Assembly (NCBI GenBank): GCA_051599415.1
Contig: AP039698.1
Span: forward strand, 124,001-188,000
Source of the DNA: Savitreella phatthalungensis
Taxonomy: Eukaryota
Direction: 5' to 3'
Length of the DNA: 64,000 nt
This document shows, piece after piece, positions 1 through 10,405 of the stretch (its first letter is position 1; each line of letters starts with the position of its first letter). Below the pieces are notes generated by a model. It had not been told where the DNA came from. It was given only the letters and a program-made list of their open reading frames with translations, and did not search any database. The position numbers and the translations under genes were made by a program.

Positions 1-314
1 GCTCGGTAATGATGATCGAAACAAGCTGGAGAAGTATGTGACCATGGAACAGTAGATTAACCCATCCAACTCTATTCCCCCACATCCGGTCAATAATTAG
101 TCCATCTCGCAACACCGCCAAACCAGCTCGCCTTCCAACCTCTTCTCTTGCCTTTCCCCCTCCCTTCCAATCAAGGCTCACATGTCATGCCGTTTACATG
201 GACCAGCCTCACTTTGCTAAAGAATCAGCTCACTCACTCACTCACTTGTTCGCTCACTCCACAGTCCATGGTCTTCCACTGAGCCATGACAATCCAGATT
301 CATCATCTGTGGTC

Positions 315-322
315 TATATAAA
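315..322 (+). promoter_or_regulatory. TATA box of HSP12
   Basis: TATATAAA about 90 nt upstream of the ATG at 411. Confidence 0.7.
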
Positions 323-410
323 CCTCATCGATCCCTCAAACCTGGACCCCACACAAACACATACCCTACCTCCACCCCTTCTCACAACCTATCACATCAC
401 ACAATCAACC

Positions 411-602
411 ATGTCTGACGCAGGACGCAAGGATTTCTCTACCAAGGCTCAGGAGAAGCTGACACCTGACTCTTCCAAGTCGCTCGTCGACAAGGCAAAG
501 GAGGCCATCACCGGTGCTTCTGACAAGGTCGCTCGCGAGGGTCAGAGTGACAAGGACAAGGGTTTCCTCCAGTCCACCGCAGACAAGATCTCCAGGTCGT
601 AG
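411..602 (+). CDS. HSP12: Heat shock protein 9/12 (Hsp12 / S. pombe Hsp9 family), 63 aa
   Basis: MSDAGRKDFSTKAQEKLTPDSSKS is the characteristic Hsp9/12 N-terminus. ATG at 411 has a good ACC-ATG context and TATATAAA lies at 315-322. The ORF-track start at 198 is upstream of the TATA box and is probably spurious. Confidence 0.93.
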   Translation: MSDAGRKDFSTKAQEKLTPDSSKSLVDKAKEAITGASDKVAREGQSDKDKGFLQSTADKISRS

Positions 603-920
603 AGACACATGATTCTCTCTGCTAGGTAGCCTTTCCAGGTCTCTGATTAATCCTATATCATACTGCATGGAACACTTGGAACTCCGCGTGATCCACAAGC
701 TCTCTTTGAAATGACGTCAATCGTGTCAATCGTGTCAATCATACGCAGTGAATCCCCTTCTCTCCTGATATTCATTCGGTCGGCAACACTTGCTTCCTGG
801 TATTCCCTCGATAAAACTCACTCAATCATGTTGCATTCTCTAGCTAGATGGCTACCGGGAAAGTAGCCTAGAGCTCTCCATCGGACCGAACGCGACATCT
901 CGCCCTGGCCTTCACATTCC

Positions 921-2129
921 TTAAGCAGTCACCTCGCCGAGAGCCTTCTGGAGACCGGTGATGACAAGACGGTATCGGACATTGTCGTTCTCGTACACTC
1001 TGCGAACAGCGTCTCCGAGCGCCTCTTCGGAAGCAGGAATCTCCTCGACGATCGACTTGATCTTGCCCTCGCTTGCAAGTCGCAGCAACTCATTCATACT
1101 CGTCTTGGGTCCCAGGTGGGAGGCGGCAATCTTGATCGACTTGCCTGCAAGCGCCTGCGCGGTCACAGTGATGCCGTCGTCTGGCAGGCCGACTGTGTGC
1201 CAGGTCGCACCGACCGTCAACGTGGTCGCATAGGTCTCGAGATCGATCGCCTTGGCGTTGTCGATCGTCGACAGCAGGAAGTCGAACTTGAGCTCCAGCT
1301 CCTTCTCCCAGCCCTTCTTCGACGTGTCGTGGAAGTAGTCAGCACCGAGCTCCTTTGCATCCTTCTCCTTGTCTGCCGTGTGCGAGAGCACGTGCGTCTC
1401 CGCACCAAGAGCCTTGGCAAACTGCACGACATAGTGGCCCAGGCCACCCATACCTGCGACCGCAACCACGAAACCCTTGCCGACGCCCTCGATGCCGTTC
1501 TTCTCCACATCCCAAGGCTCACCACGCAGCTTGCGCAGGTCCAGCAAGGCCTCACGCATCGGCGACGTCGAGGTGATACCAGCACACATGATCGGCGCCG
1601 CCTGTGTGTCTGACAGGTTGTCCGGGATCTTGAACACAAACTGCTGGTGCGTACGGATCATGTTTGAGAAACCTCCCATCGTCTTCTCGCCGTTCCACGC
1701 GAGTTCCTCGGCATGGGGCCACGACTTGTCCGGGTAGTTGGCGCCGTACGTGTCTACGCACAGGATTGGACAGGACGTCTCGAACCCGCTGCTGCATCCT
1801 GGACACTTCTTGTTGTCCGGGTTGTTGCCAAGGCACGCCGCGATCTGTGCCCCCACACCAACTCGGTCGCCAACCTTGAACTCGTCCACCTTCGAACCGA
1901 CCTCAATCGCCTTGCCCACAATCTCATGGCCAACGCAAAGCGGCACAGGCACCTCGCTCGACCACCCACCAGTGATAGTATGCAGATCGGATGCACATAT
2001 TGAGCACGTGTCAATCGCGACCGTGACGTCGTAAGCTCCCAACTTCTTCGAAGGGAACTGCTGCTTTTCAAACTTTTGCCAGTTCTTGATGTCAGTGACG
2101 ACGTAGCCTGTGATCGTGTCGGAAACCAT
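921..2129 (-). CDS. Zn-dependent NADP(H) alcohol dehydrogenase (cinnamyl-alcohol dehydrogenase / Adh6-Adh7-like MDR family)
   Basis: Motifs ICASDLH, GHEIVG, VGDRVGVG, structural Zn cysteines, IMCAGIT, GMGGLG nucleotide-binding loop and a C-terminal VRYRLVI. The first in-frame ATG is at 2129. Confidence 0.92.
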   Translation of the reverse strand: MVSDTITGYVVTDIKNWQKFEKQQFPSKKLGAYDVTVAIDTCSICASDLHTITGGWSSEVPVPLCVGHEIVGKAIEVGSKVDEFKVGDRVGVGAQIAACLGNNPDNKKCPGCSSGFETSCPILCVDTYGANYPDKSWPHAEELAWNGEKTMGGFSNMIRTHQQFVFKIPDNLSDTQAAPIMCAGITSTSPMREALLDLRKLRGEPWDVEKNGIEGVGKGFVVAVAGMGGLGHYVVQFAKALGAETHVLSHTADKEKDAKELGADYFHDTSKKGWEKELELKFDFLLSTIDNAKAIDLETYATTLTVGATWHTVGLPDDGITVTAQALAGKSIKIAASHLGPKTSMNELLRLASEGKIKSIVEEIPASEEALGDAVRRVYENDNVRYRLVITGLQKALGEVTA

Positions 2130-2167
2130 GATCAATGATGCTCGCTGGAGTAGCAGCAAACTTGCCG

Positions 2168-2175
2168 TTTATATA
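2168..2175 (-). promoter_or_regulatory. TATA box of the alcohol dehydrogenase gene
   Basis: TATATAAA on the minus strand about 40 nt upstream of ATG 2129. Confidence 0.65.
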
Positions 2176-2213
2176 GATTGAGTGTCGTCCGATGACGGGG
2201 CTATCCCGTACAG

Positions 2214-2967
2214 TGACGTACATGCAACGGCATCCACTCTACGTCACAGCCAAATCTCAGGTTATACGAGCCTGTTTACAACTTGCACGTGTTGTTCTGG
2301 TACTCAAGCCACATTGAAAAACTTGAGGCGGAATCTTGAGCAATTCAAACTTTGATCTGATCCATCGGCACAAGGTCCACGGTGGACCTTGATGGCGTGT
2401 CCACCTTGAGCTTGTCTGATCACAGCGTCGATTGAAGCTACAAAGCATTCTCGCTGGCCCTAGTATTCATCTGTGCAGATCGGGTCAACGTTCAACAACA
2501 GGCCATACGAGTCTGACGATGTTTGTCGAAAGAGAGAATGTGCCATTAGAAAGATACATACGTCTGGTCATCCAGCAGTAAGTGCAATATGAAGCGCGCG
2601 TAGCTGATGGGACACTGGCAGGAACGTCGTCACCTGCCACACGAGCTTGTCGTCATCTTGTCTCATTGAACAGTCATCCCGTCGAACCAGTCGACGCCAG
2701 TTCTTCCTTGCTACGCTCATCCTCACAGAACTGCTCTCGAGTATGTATCTAAGGCTGACAGCCGAAAGGACGTACTCCGCCAGAACCTAGCTCTCGCTTG
2801 TGCTTCTTAACGTCACCCATGATGTCACTGTACTGTACATGTCATATGCTTTTACACTGCGGGACTGACGGTTTGCCAGGACGACTCAACACGATTGACG
2901 TGACGAAAACAGATTCGATGCATGTCGATGAACCAACGTTTCAAAGTCAAGTCCAGCATTGACGTCA
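2214..2967. promoter_or_regulatory. Cluster of CRE/ATF-type sites (TGACGT) upstream of the ADH gene
   Basis: TGACGT or ACGTCA at 2214, 2241, 2810 and 2896, plus a full palindrome TGACGTCA at 2960. Confidence 0.5.
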
Positions 2968-3079
2968 ATTATGTCTTGATTAGATGTTCATGGCTTGCTG
3001 AAGGTCGGGACTGGTAGCTCGTTCTGTTGCTATCTATCTACGTCTATGATTTGTCCTCTCAACCATTTCCTTCTCAACG

Positions 3080-4711
3080 CTAGCTGTAGCAGACCTCTCT
3101 GAAGCGAGATCGTTCAACTCTGCCTTCCATCGCCTGGAGCCAGAGATCAAGCTCGCACCAGCCGTCTCCGTCTTGGTATCCTTTGCCTTGGCAGGCAGGG
3201 AGAACGATGGGTAAAGTGCGTCCGTTGAGGACGAAATGGATGTAGTCCTTCTTGGCATCGTCGGCAGTGATGATCTCGACAAACAACCTCGCACCAAATG
3301 GCGTCCCACTCGACGTCGACCAACGACTCTCACCCTCTTTCAGCTGAGGCGGGCCAGTGGTCGGCAGGTCGCGCTCGAATTGCGTAAACTCGAGCGCAGT
3401 CAAGATACTCGCTATCACGGTGTCGTGAGTGAAGTCGACGAAGAGCTTCTGATCGAGTGGAAAGAAGCGTGGATCCTTGTCCAGGGTTGCGTTCTCGGAA
3501 GTCTGGTCGGCGGGATCGTAAGGTGAGTTTGTGATCCTCCGGATCAGTTGATTCACCCAGCCGACACCTTGCGCTCGACCGGTCTCGGTGCCCCAGAGTG
3601 CAGACCCGTAAAAATTCAGCGACTCAGCGTAGTCGAAATCTTGCCACTCTTGCCAATCAAACAACTCGCAGAAATCGCTCCACCCAAATGCGTTCGTCTC
3701 GTATGCGCAAAGCATCTGCAAGGCTGCGGTATCGCGGATATCCCAGTCGATACCCTGGATGTGAGGTCGTAGTTGTTCGGTGCGATTCCTTAGGTAGATG
3801 TCCTCCCATGCGCTCCGCCATGCGCCACCGTGATGCTGGCCACCGAAGCATACGAAGTACGGAGCCAAGGTGTTGTTGACGCCGACAAACTCGATCATCA
3901 GCTCGAGATTGGCCTGTGCTGGCCAATCCGCAGTACCATAGAATCCCTCAAGGAACGCTAGTGCAGACTCAGTCATGCGCTCCTGCGATGTCGACCTGAA
4001 CACCGGTTTGCTCTTCAGCGAAGACAAAAGATCCCCGTACAACATTGATACCTGTACACCCTCCCGATACAGCTGCTCCTTCCCAACAGGTACCAAGATG
4101 GCTTCACCAAGCTGATACTTCCACCCATCTAGCACGGATAGGGGACCGTCAACCTTGATGTCCGCCTTGGCGAGCTTTTCGCCGAAATCCTTAAGCCACG
4201 AGCCGGCCGTGGGATAGCGCGAACCGTGGCGCGACAGGACATGTGCCTGCTTGATGCGGCATGTCGATGGGAGAGGTCGCTCGTCGATGCCCCAGGATGG
4301 TGAGGTCCTGTACGGTTTGAGCGCGCCCCAGTTGTCCGAGATGTACTGGTCCTGCGGCTGACCATCAACCCGGTACTGCATGTCGGCGATCGATTCGTAC
4401 CCACCGAGTCTGGACGCCTTGCGCAGCTGAGCCGGCGCACCCGTCGCCGTTGGCCCCTTGAAGCCGACATTCGTTGGAAATAGCGGATCTGGCTTCGCGT
4501 CCTTCAGCAATGATACTGCTGATCCCATTCCAGTACCGGCGGTGTTCGATGGGTGCTTTGAATTGCAGTAATCTAGTCCTGTGAGATACAAGATTAAGAG
4601 ACCAGCGAGTCCTGCGAAGACCATTATATCTAGTCGTCGTGACCGTGCTGCGATGCCTGAATGGGATACTCCGGCACCTGCATCCTTGCGTCGCGGAGTG
4701 TCTAAGGGCAT
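3080..4711 (-). CDS. Histidine acid phosphatase / 3-phytase-like protein with an N-terminal membrane anchor
   Basis: Catalytic RHGSRYP and FTHD motifs. Hydrophobic segment IMVFAGLAGLLILYLTGL follows a short basic N-terminus. First ATG at 4711. Confidence 0.92.
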   Translation of the reverse strand: MPLDTPRRKDAGAGVSHSGIAARSRRLDIMVFAGLAGLLILYLTGLDYCNSKHPSNTAGTGMGSAVSLLKDAKPDPLFPTNVGFKGPTATGAPAQLRKASRLGGYESIADMQYRVDGQPQDQYISDNWGALKPYRTSPSWGIDERPLPSTCRIKQAHVLSRHGSRYPTAGSWLKDFGEKLAKADIKVDGPLSVLDGWKYQLGEAILVPVGKEQLYREGVQVSMLYGDLLSSLKSKPVFRSTSQERMTESALAFLEGFYGTADWPAQANLELMIEFVGVNNTLAPYFVCFGGQHHGGAWRSAWEDIYLRNRTEQLRPHIQGIDWDIRDTAALQMLCAYETNAFGWSDFCELFDWQEWQDFDYAESLNFYGSALWGTETGRAQGVGWVNQLIRRITNSPYDPADQTSENATLDKDPRFFPLDQKLFVDFTHDTVIASILTALEFTQFERDLPTTGPPQLKEGESRWSTSSGTPFGARLFVEIITADDAKKDYIHFVLNGRTLPIVLPACQGKGYQDGDGWCELDLWLQAMEGRVERSRFREVCYS

Positions 4712-6208
4712 CTCGGTCAATCAGACTGTAGCGTCCAAGAATGCTGACAGCCACTTCTTAGAGAGTCACACGCCGCGACCCTTTGCGTGTCAGGGAGCGT
4801 GGAAGCTATGATATGTATCTGACCCGAATTGATATGGCGACTGCTAGGAGCAACCTTGCAGGTATGAAGATGTCATACATATCTTGATTTCGTGCATCTC
4901 GATCAGTGACACCCGAAGATTGATCCGAGGGTTTGAGCTAAATCCTGCAGATCAATCTTCATTGGCTGAGGAACATCACGTGCATTCACATCCCACGCAG
5001 ATTTCAGCGTTATGCCCAAAGCACGCAACAACATATGCACCTAAGATTATGAGCAAGCATGGCAAGGGCATGTCTAGAGCTGCTTGTGAGCATCATATCG
5101 AAGCTGAATAAATCGTTTCGACTAGCGCCCATATGACTGACTATACTGCTCGCTGAGAATCATTTGCGTTGATAGGACAATTTGTGAAAAGGCGCGAATA
5201 ACTCCCAGGAGCTCAGCGCAAATGGAAGATTGCCGCGGCATCTGCATCAGGTGCTCGTGATAAGGTAAGGGGTAAGCTGAGGCAGTGAATGCTAAATGAT
5301 CCCTGATCGAGGCTCTTCTGATTGATATGCTTGTGAATAGTCGGAAGCTTGCCAGAGCATGTGTTTGTGTAAATGTCCGCATTGAGCCCCACTTCCAAAG
5401 CTCTCATTTCCCTGCGCGGCATACGGGCTGAGTCCATCGAAGTCTAGATGAGTGAGAATGATAGCTCTAGCTGGGCTTGCTCGATCCGAAGTCAGAAGCA
5501 AGCGAGATAAGCATGCAGGGAGAATGTTAGATCTGCAAAATCCATGTCATACATATGCCATCCGATGCCATGCTTTATTCACCATGATGAGTGAACCAAA
5601 TCTGTAAAATTCACTCAAAGCCGAAACGAAACGAACTGAGCAAACACCAACTGTCATTGAACGGGTGGTAAACCTAATGCTGGAGATGGAGCATGTTCAT
5701 CATGGGCATTATCTCTACAGGTCTGCGGCTCTCGGCAATTGAACGTCTCGAGCTGAATGTCCTGCCGTTTCGCCACCTGATTCAAACAATAATCGCCAGA
5801 GCGAACAAATAGACTCAATTGATCTGTTTGTCTATGAAACATCCACAGATATGCATCCTATCCTTCTCTTCTCATCCAGCTCCTACAACACTCAAAAGAT
5901 AGGATATCCTCGGTCATCAATCTTGTCTTCAAATATCCGAGTTCGTGACCTCTTCGATAGGAATGTGACCAATAGCAAGCAATATGACTTCTGGTTCTCT
6001 CATTCCTCTATAGCTGTTCATCTTGCAATTAATTGTGGAGCATGCAGTATTCTTGATATACATGGATGGATAAAAGAATGAGAAGTTGAAAAGTTTCCCC
6101 GCGTTTTATTCTATCGAAGGAATAAAATCCAAAATTCTCTCCGATTCCTTCCAATTTGGATCTCATAAGGGTCTTCGGGTCAGTCGGAAACTTCTTGATC
6201 CACCTTTT

Positions 6209-6232
6209 CATTCATTCATTCATTCATTCATT
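6209..6232. repeat. (CATT)n microsatellite
   Basis: Tandem CATT units in an AT-rich intergenic patch. Confidence 0.85.
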
Positions 6233-7232
6233 GTTAGAGGAAAACGAAAAGCGAGCGCTCACTGATCTATATCCATTCTTCAGTCAGTGAAGTGCCTTAT
6301 TGGTCTGATCGCGCTCACTCAGTCCTCAGCCCAGGTGGTCACAATCAACCAGGACCACAGGGCAACAGAGGCAGAGGCGGCACTGATTTCATCGCGGGCG
6401 TGCGCGACACAGAGTGAGAGACACGGCCACTGACAGAGAGACTCTGAGGTCGATTGCCGATTGGTTTGGTTGAGCACAGGACTTGTGCGCGCAACTCATA
6501 TCCTCGTATAGCGACGTATCGAAGCTTGACTTTGAAGCACTCGCAGGAGCCAGAAGGTTGACGAAAGTCCCTGCCGGTTGTTTCACTCGAAAGGCGTGGT
6601 CCAGCAAACGCGACACTACTAGTACAGCGGACTACACTGGTGGTAAACTCTGCAAACGCATTTCGGCATTCACGTTATCGCACCAGTCTGACCTGTAAAA
6701 TACGCCATTCGTGTCAATTCTGCTCAACACGCGACAATCTTTCCCGCATAATCGATTGCGCAACGGCGCCGCACATTCTCAAGCGTACACGCGATATCCT
6801 CATACTTGCAAACACCTGTGAGCACATAGAACAGGTGCAAGTCAAGCAGACACGCCTCATTGGTCAGATCCACGCGTGTCCTGAGATAACGCATTTCGAC
6901 ACAGTCTGAGACTACTTATCTGAAGTCCTCAAGGACTTGACGCGCAAGCTCAACGTCAATCACTTCGGAGTTCGGCGCGGGACGGAGCCTAATCTTTCTT
7001 CCGTGCGTTTAACCCCATCAATTGATCTCCCAAGACGGAAGTGATATCAACGCGTCTCGCACAGACTCAATAGTCAAAGATCATCGCTTCTCGCACGGAC
7101 GTCACACTGAAAGATCATCTCATCTCGAGTCATCACACACCAACGCCCGTCATCCCCTGCCACCCGATTCTGGTCCTGAATCTGTCTTCATCAAGTCTTT
7201 GAACCATCGGGATAATATACAGACGGACGCCT

Positions 7233-8180
7233 ATGCGGATGCCACAAGCGGCTGATCCGACCACAGGAAGCAATCCTGCTTCTCTGGCAGATCACGGCAA
7301 TGATAATGCAGCCGGACCGACAGTCCAGGTCACACTCTATTCTCATCAGGGCGGACGTAAGAATCTCTCCCATCAGATGGATGACGTACCCAGAAAGCAA
7401 TTACTGACCCGTGATAGCAAACGGCTGGAAAGTAGCAACAGTGCTCAGCGCACTCGACATCAGCTACAAAACCGTCTTTACAGATTTTCAGAAAGGAGAA
7501 CACCGCACGGCGGAGTTCTTGAGGTATGTTCGAGCCAGATCGTATTCCGTCACAAGCAAAGTACTGACCCTCCCAGAATTTGCCCGAATGGCCGCATTCC
7601 AGCCATCGTCGATCACACAAACGACGACTTTGCAGTCTGGGAGAGCGGAGCAATTCTGCTATACCTTGTGCAGCGATTCGACAGTGGCCGGACAATTTGG
7701 GGGAGCACGCTTGAAGTTCAAACGCAGATCACGAGCTGGATCATGCTGCAGGTCAGCGGGCATGGCGTGATCCAGGGGCAGGCTTTCTGGTTCAAGTTCT
7801 TCCACAACGAGTATGTGGAGAGCGCGACTCGGCGGTACGTCGACGAGTGCAGGCGCGTCTACGGCGTGCTAGAAGTCCGCCTTGCCGAGGCTCGAGAGGA
7901 GCTTTGGGACCGTGCAGAGCGCGAGGATATGGCAGCTGACGAGATGCGTGATGCACACGTCTGGCTTGTCTCTGATCATATGACGATCGCCGACCTCTCC
8001 TACCTGACCTGGGCACGCACCGTTCATCGTCTCGACATCGACCTAGAGGCGGAATTCCCAGAGGTCGATCGCTGGGTCAACCAGATGCTAGCGAACCCCA
8101 AGGTCGCCCGAGCCCTACTGCCGCCGCAGCATGACCATGACAGCGTAGCCAACGGCACAGATGACGTGCAAACGCAGTGA
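7233..8180 (+). CDS. Glutathione S-transferase (Ure2/Gst1-2-like); join(7233..7356,7418..7523,7577..8180), 277 aa
   Basis: Removing introns 7357-7417 (GTAAGA..CTGAC..TAG) and 7524-7576 (GTATGT..CTGAC..CAG) restores TLYSHQGGPNGWKV..KGEHRTAEFLRICPNGRIPAIVD..WESGAILLYL..TIADLSY. Confidence 0.9.
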   Translation: MRMPQAADPTTGSNPASLADHGNDNAAGPTVQVTLYSHQGGRKNLSHQMDDVPRKQLLTRDSKRLESSNSAQRTRHQLQNRLYRFSERRTPHGGVLEVCSSQIVFRHKQSTDPPRICPNGRIPAIVDHTNDDFAVWESGAILLYLVQRFDSGRTIWGSTLEVQTQITSWIMLQVSGHGVIQGQAFWFKFFHNEYVESATRRYVDECRRVYGVLEVRLAEAREELWDRAEREDMAADEMRDAHVWLVSDHMTIADLSYLTWARTVHRLDIDLEAEFPEVDRWVNQMLANPKVARALLPPQHDHDSVANGTDDVQTQ

Positions 8181-8402
8181 GCATTGCTTGATGAAGCAAT
8201 CGACCATTGATGCATTTTATCTGAACTCACAATCCTACTCAAAAAGTCTCCTTACCAGCAACAACACCAGCACACGCACAAAGCACTAGCACAGCACAGC
8301 GCGAGGACAATCACCTCTCTTTCGTAGCATTATGACATACGATATGACCGTTCATGTATAAACATAGACATTTCCCAGGCGCGCATCCCCCGGAAACACC
8401 AT

Positions 8403-8930
8403 TCAGAAGCAGCACTTGCAGTCGAATGGACATAGATCCGTTTCGCCAGCGTTTGGATCTTCCACTAGGCCAAGCTCGTCCTCGTAGTAAACGGCATACC
8501 CTTCCTCGGTCCGTTTCCGATTGGCTGATCCCTTGAGATCACTGTACGCCGCATCTGCTTCTCCTCCAGCAGCTCCTGGATGCGCTACACCTGTAGACGT
8601 GCCCGGCTGAGCCAATACTGTGATGCCGGGATCCGTCGGCGCAACAACCACTTCAATACCATCACCGTCCTCATCACCAGGATTGCCGACCGCTGCAGCT
8701 GCGCGAGCTTTCGCAGCTGCCTTCTTCCTCGCCTTCTTCGACAGTCCCGCAGTATTCGGTGCGTCTGAGGCCTGCACTTCTTTGCTCTCGCTCCGTGCCT
8801 CGGACTTGCTCGTCTTCCGCCTTGCATCCGCGGGGGCAGCGGCAAAGATGTCATCAATCTCAGACTTCTTTGACTTCTTCAACATCGTGCCAGCATCGGC
8901 AGTAGCGCCACTAGTGGCCTGTCGCTTCAT
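8403..8930 (-). CDS. DUF1764-type small eukaryotic protein of unknown function
   Basis: EIDDIF motif, RKRTEEGYAVYYEDELG and the C-terminal T.LCPFDCKCCF signature. Confidence 0.8.
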   Translation of the reverse strand: MKRQATSGATADAGTMLKKSKKSEIDDIFAAAPADARRKTSKSEARSESKEVQASDAPNTAGLSKKARKKAAAKARAAAAVGNPGDEDGDGIEVVVAPTDPGITVLAQPGTSTGVAHPGAAGGEADAAYSDLKGSANRKRTEEGYAVYYEDELGLVEDPNAGETDLCPFDCKCCF

Positions 8931-10405
8931 AACCACAAGAACGCGATGAATGAGCGCGCCTGATAGCTATGAACAATTACCGGTCGCTCGCCCGGAGTTC
9001 TGGGTCAGGGTTCATACCGGCTCCATAGTTTCTGTTCCTGTAACGCCTGCCGTGCATATTGATCGAGAGTCATCCGTGCAGCTACAGAGCTCCTAATTCA
9101 CGCACGGGATTTTGATCATCGTGCAGCAAGCACATCATCCGCGCTGTACAGAATGCACAAGGACGTTAAGCAGCTGAACGCACATACCCGAGAAGCAGCA
9201 ACAACCTGAGACATAAAGCACAGTCAATGCTGTCAGTAGGATTCCGATCATGACAATCCCATTCGCTAAGGGTGAGCAGACACATATACAGAGGGAATGC
9301 TCTGTTGCCCTTTGAGTGATGATCACATTGACTACCGCGGTTGTGTCCGCCACCGCGCTGCATGACAATGAGAGGTTCTTCCCAAGCCTCAACCATTGTT
9401 CTGCACAGTTGAAATGAGATTGTACCAGCAGCGCACGAGCCATCTACCTTTAAGACTCAAGACTTGGTCGATCGAATCCTGCGCTGACTTGACTCTTAAG
9501 TCTACGCTGAGTCAATTTGATTCAGCAAGGGTGCTTGTGCTGATCCGTGCATTGGCATCCTTCCGCGCCAGTATCCTCGCTGTCGGAAGCCAGGGTCAGG
9601 CAAGAATATGGGAATGCTATACCCGAACTTGACCACCTTACACTTCTCCATACCTACAATCGCCTGCGTACGACAAAGACACGAAACTTCAGATGCTGAA
9701 TAACGAATGCATTCACCTCATGCTTCGATGAGCATGCTTACAGTATACGCTCTCGAAAGATGACTTCTGCACCAGCTCTGAAGCTGCCGCGGACCCGATA
9801 CCGAAATTCCAGCACAGACAGATCTTCTACCTTATCCAGCTTCACCGCTTCCCTATCCGAAATTGCTTCCCTTGGATGAGGTCGAAGTATATCTGCACGA
9901 AGGAAGAAAAGTGAATTAATAAGAAAAAGCCCCACAACTGCAATATTGGGTAACCACGGCGAGTTCAGAAGCTTCTGCAGGTGGAGAACCTACAGGAGAA
10001 GGATCGCTCAAGCATCATTTGCAAGTCCAGTCCAGTCGAGTCCGATCCAGGTCACAATCAGTCTCAGAACCCTTGGCCGTAACCGGGAACCGTTGAGGTC
10101 CGGCCTAGTCTGGACTTTTGAGTCCATATTGCCTGCAGCTGCGGCACCAACACCAACACCAGCAACGGCAACGCCAACCGCACCGTCACTCACACCCACC
10201 CGGTCCCAGGTCAAGATCATCCAGACCTCCAGTACACATCTTCAGATCAGACCAAAAAGTCACGACTTCAACGTGACGGAAAGGCGAGGTTTCAACAGGG
10301 CGTACCAGGCAGCTCTCAACTCCGGGCATTGTCAGAGAGTATCAGCGATCCTCGTAATCTGATCTCGGTATTAAAGAAAATCTCCACTTACCTCATTCGA
10401 CAGAC

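Noticed and set aside
198..410. N-terminal extension of HSP12 in the ORF track
   Set aside because: It spans the TATA box and the CA-rich leader. Family similarity begins at Met 411.
9618..9640. TATACCCGAACTTGA resembling part of a fungal TPP riboswitch
   Set aside because: The upstream CTGAGA and the downstream GATAAT..GCG elements are missing, and no thiamine gene is nearby.
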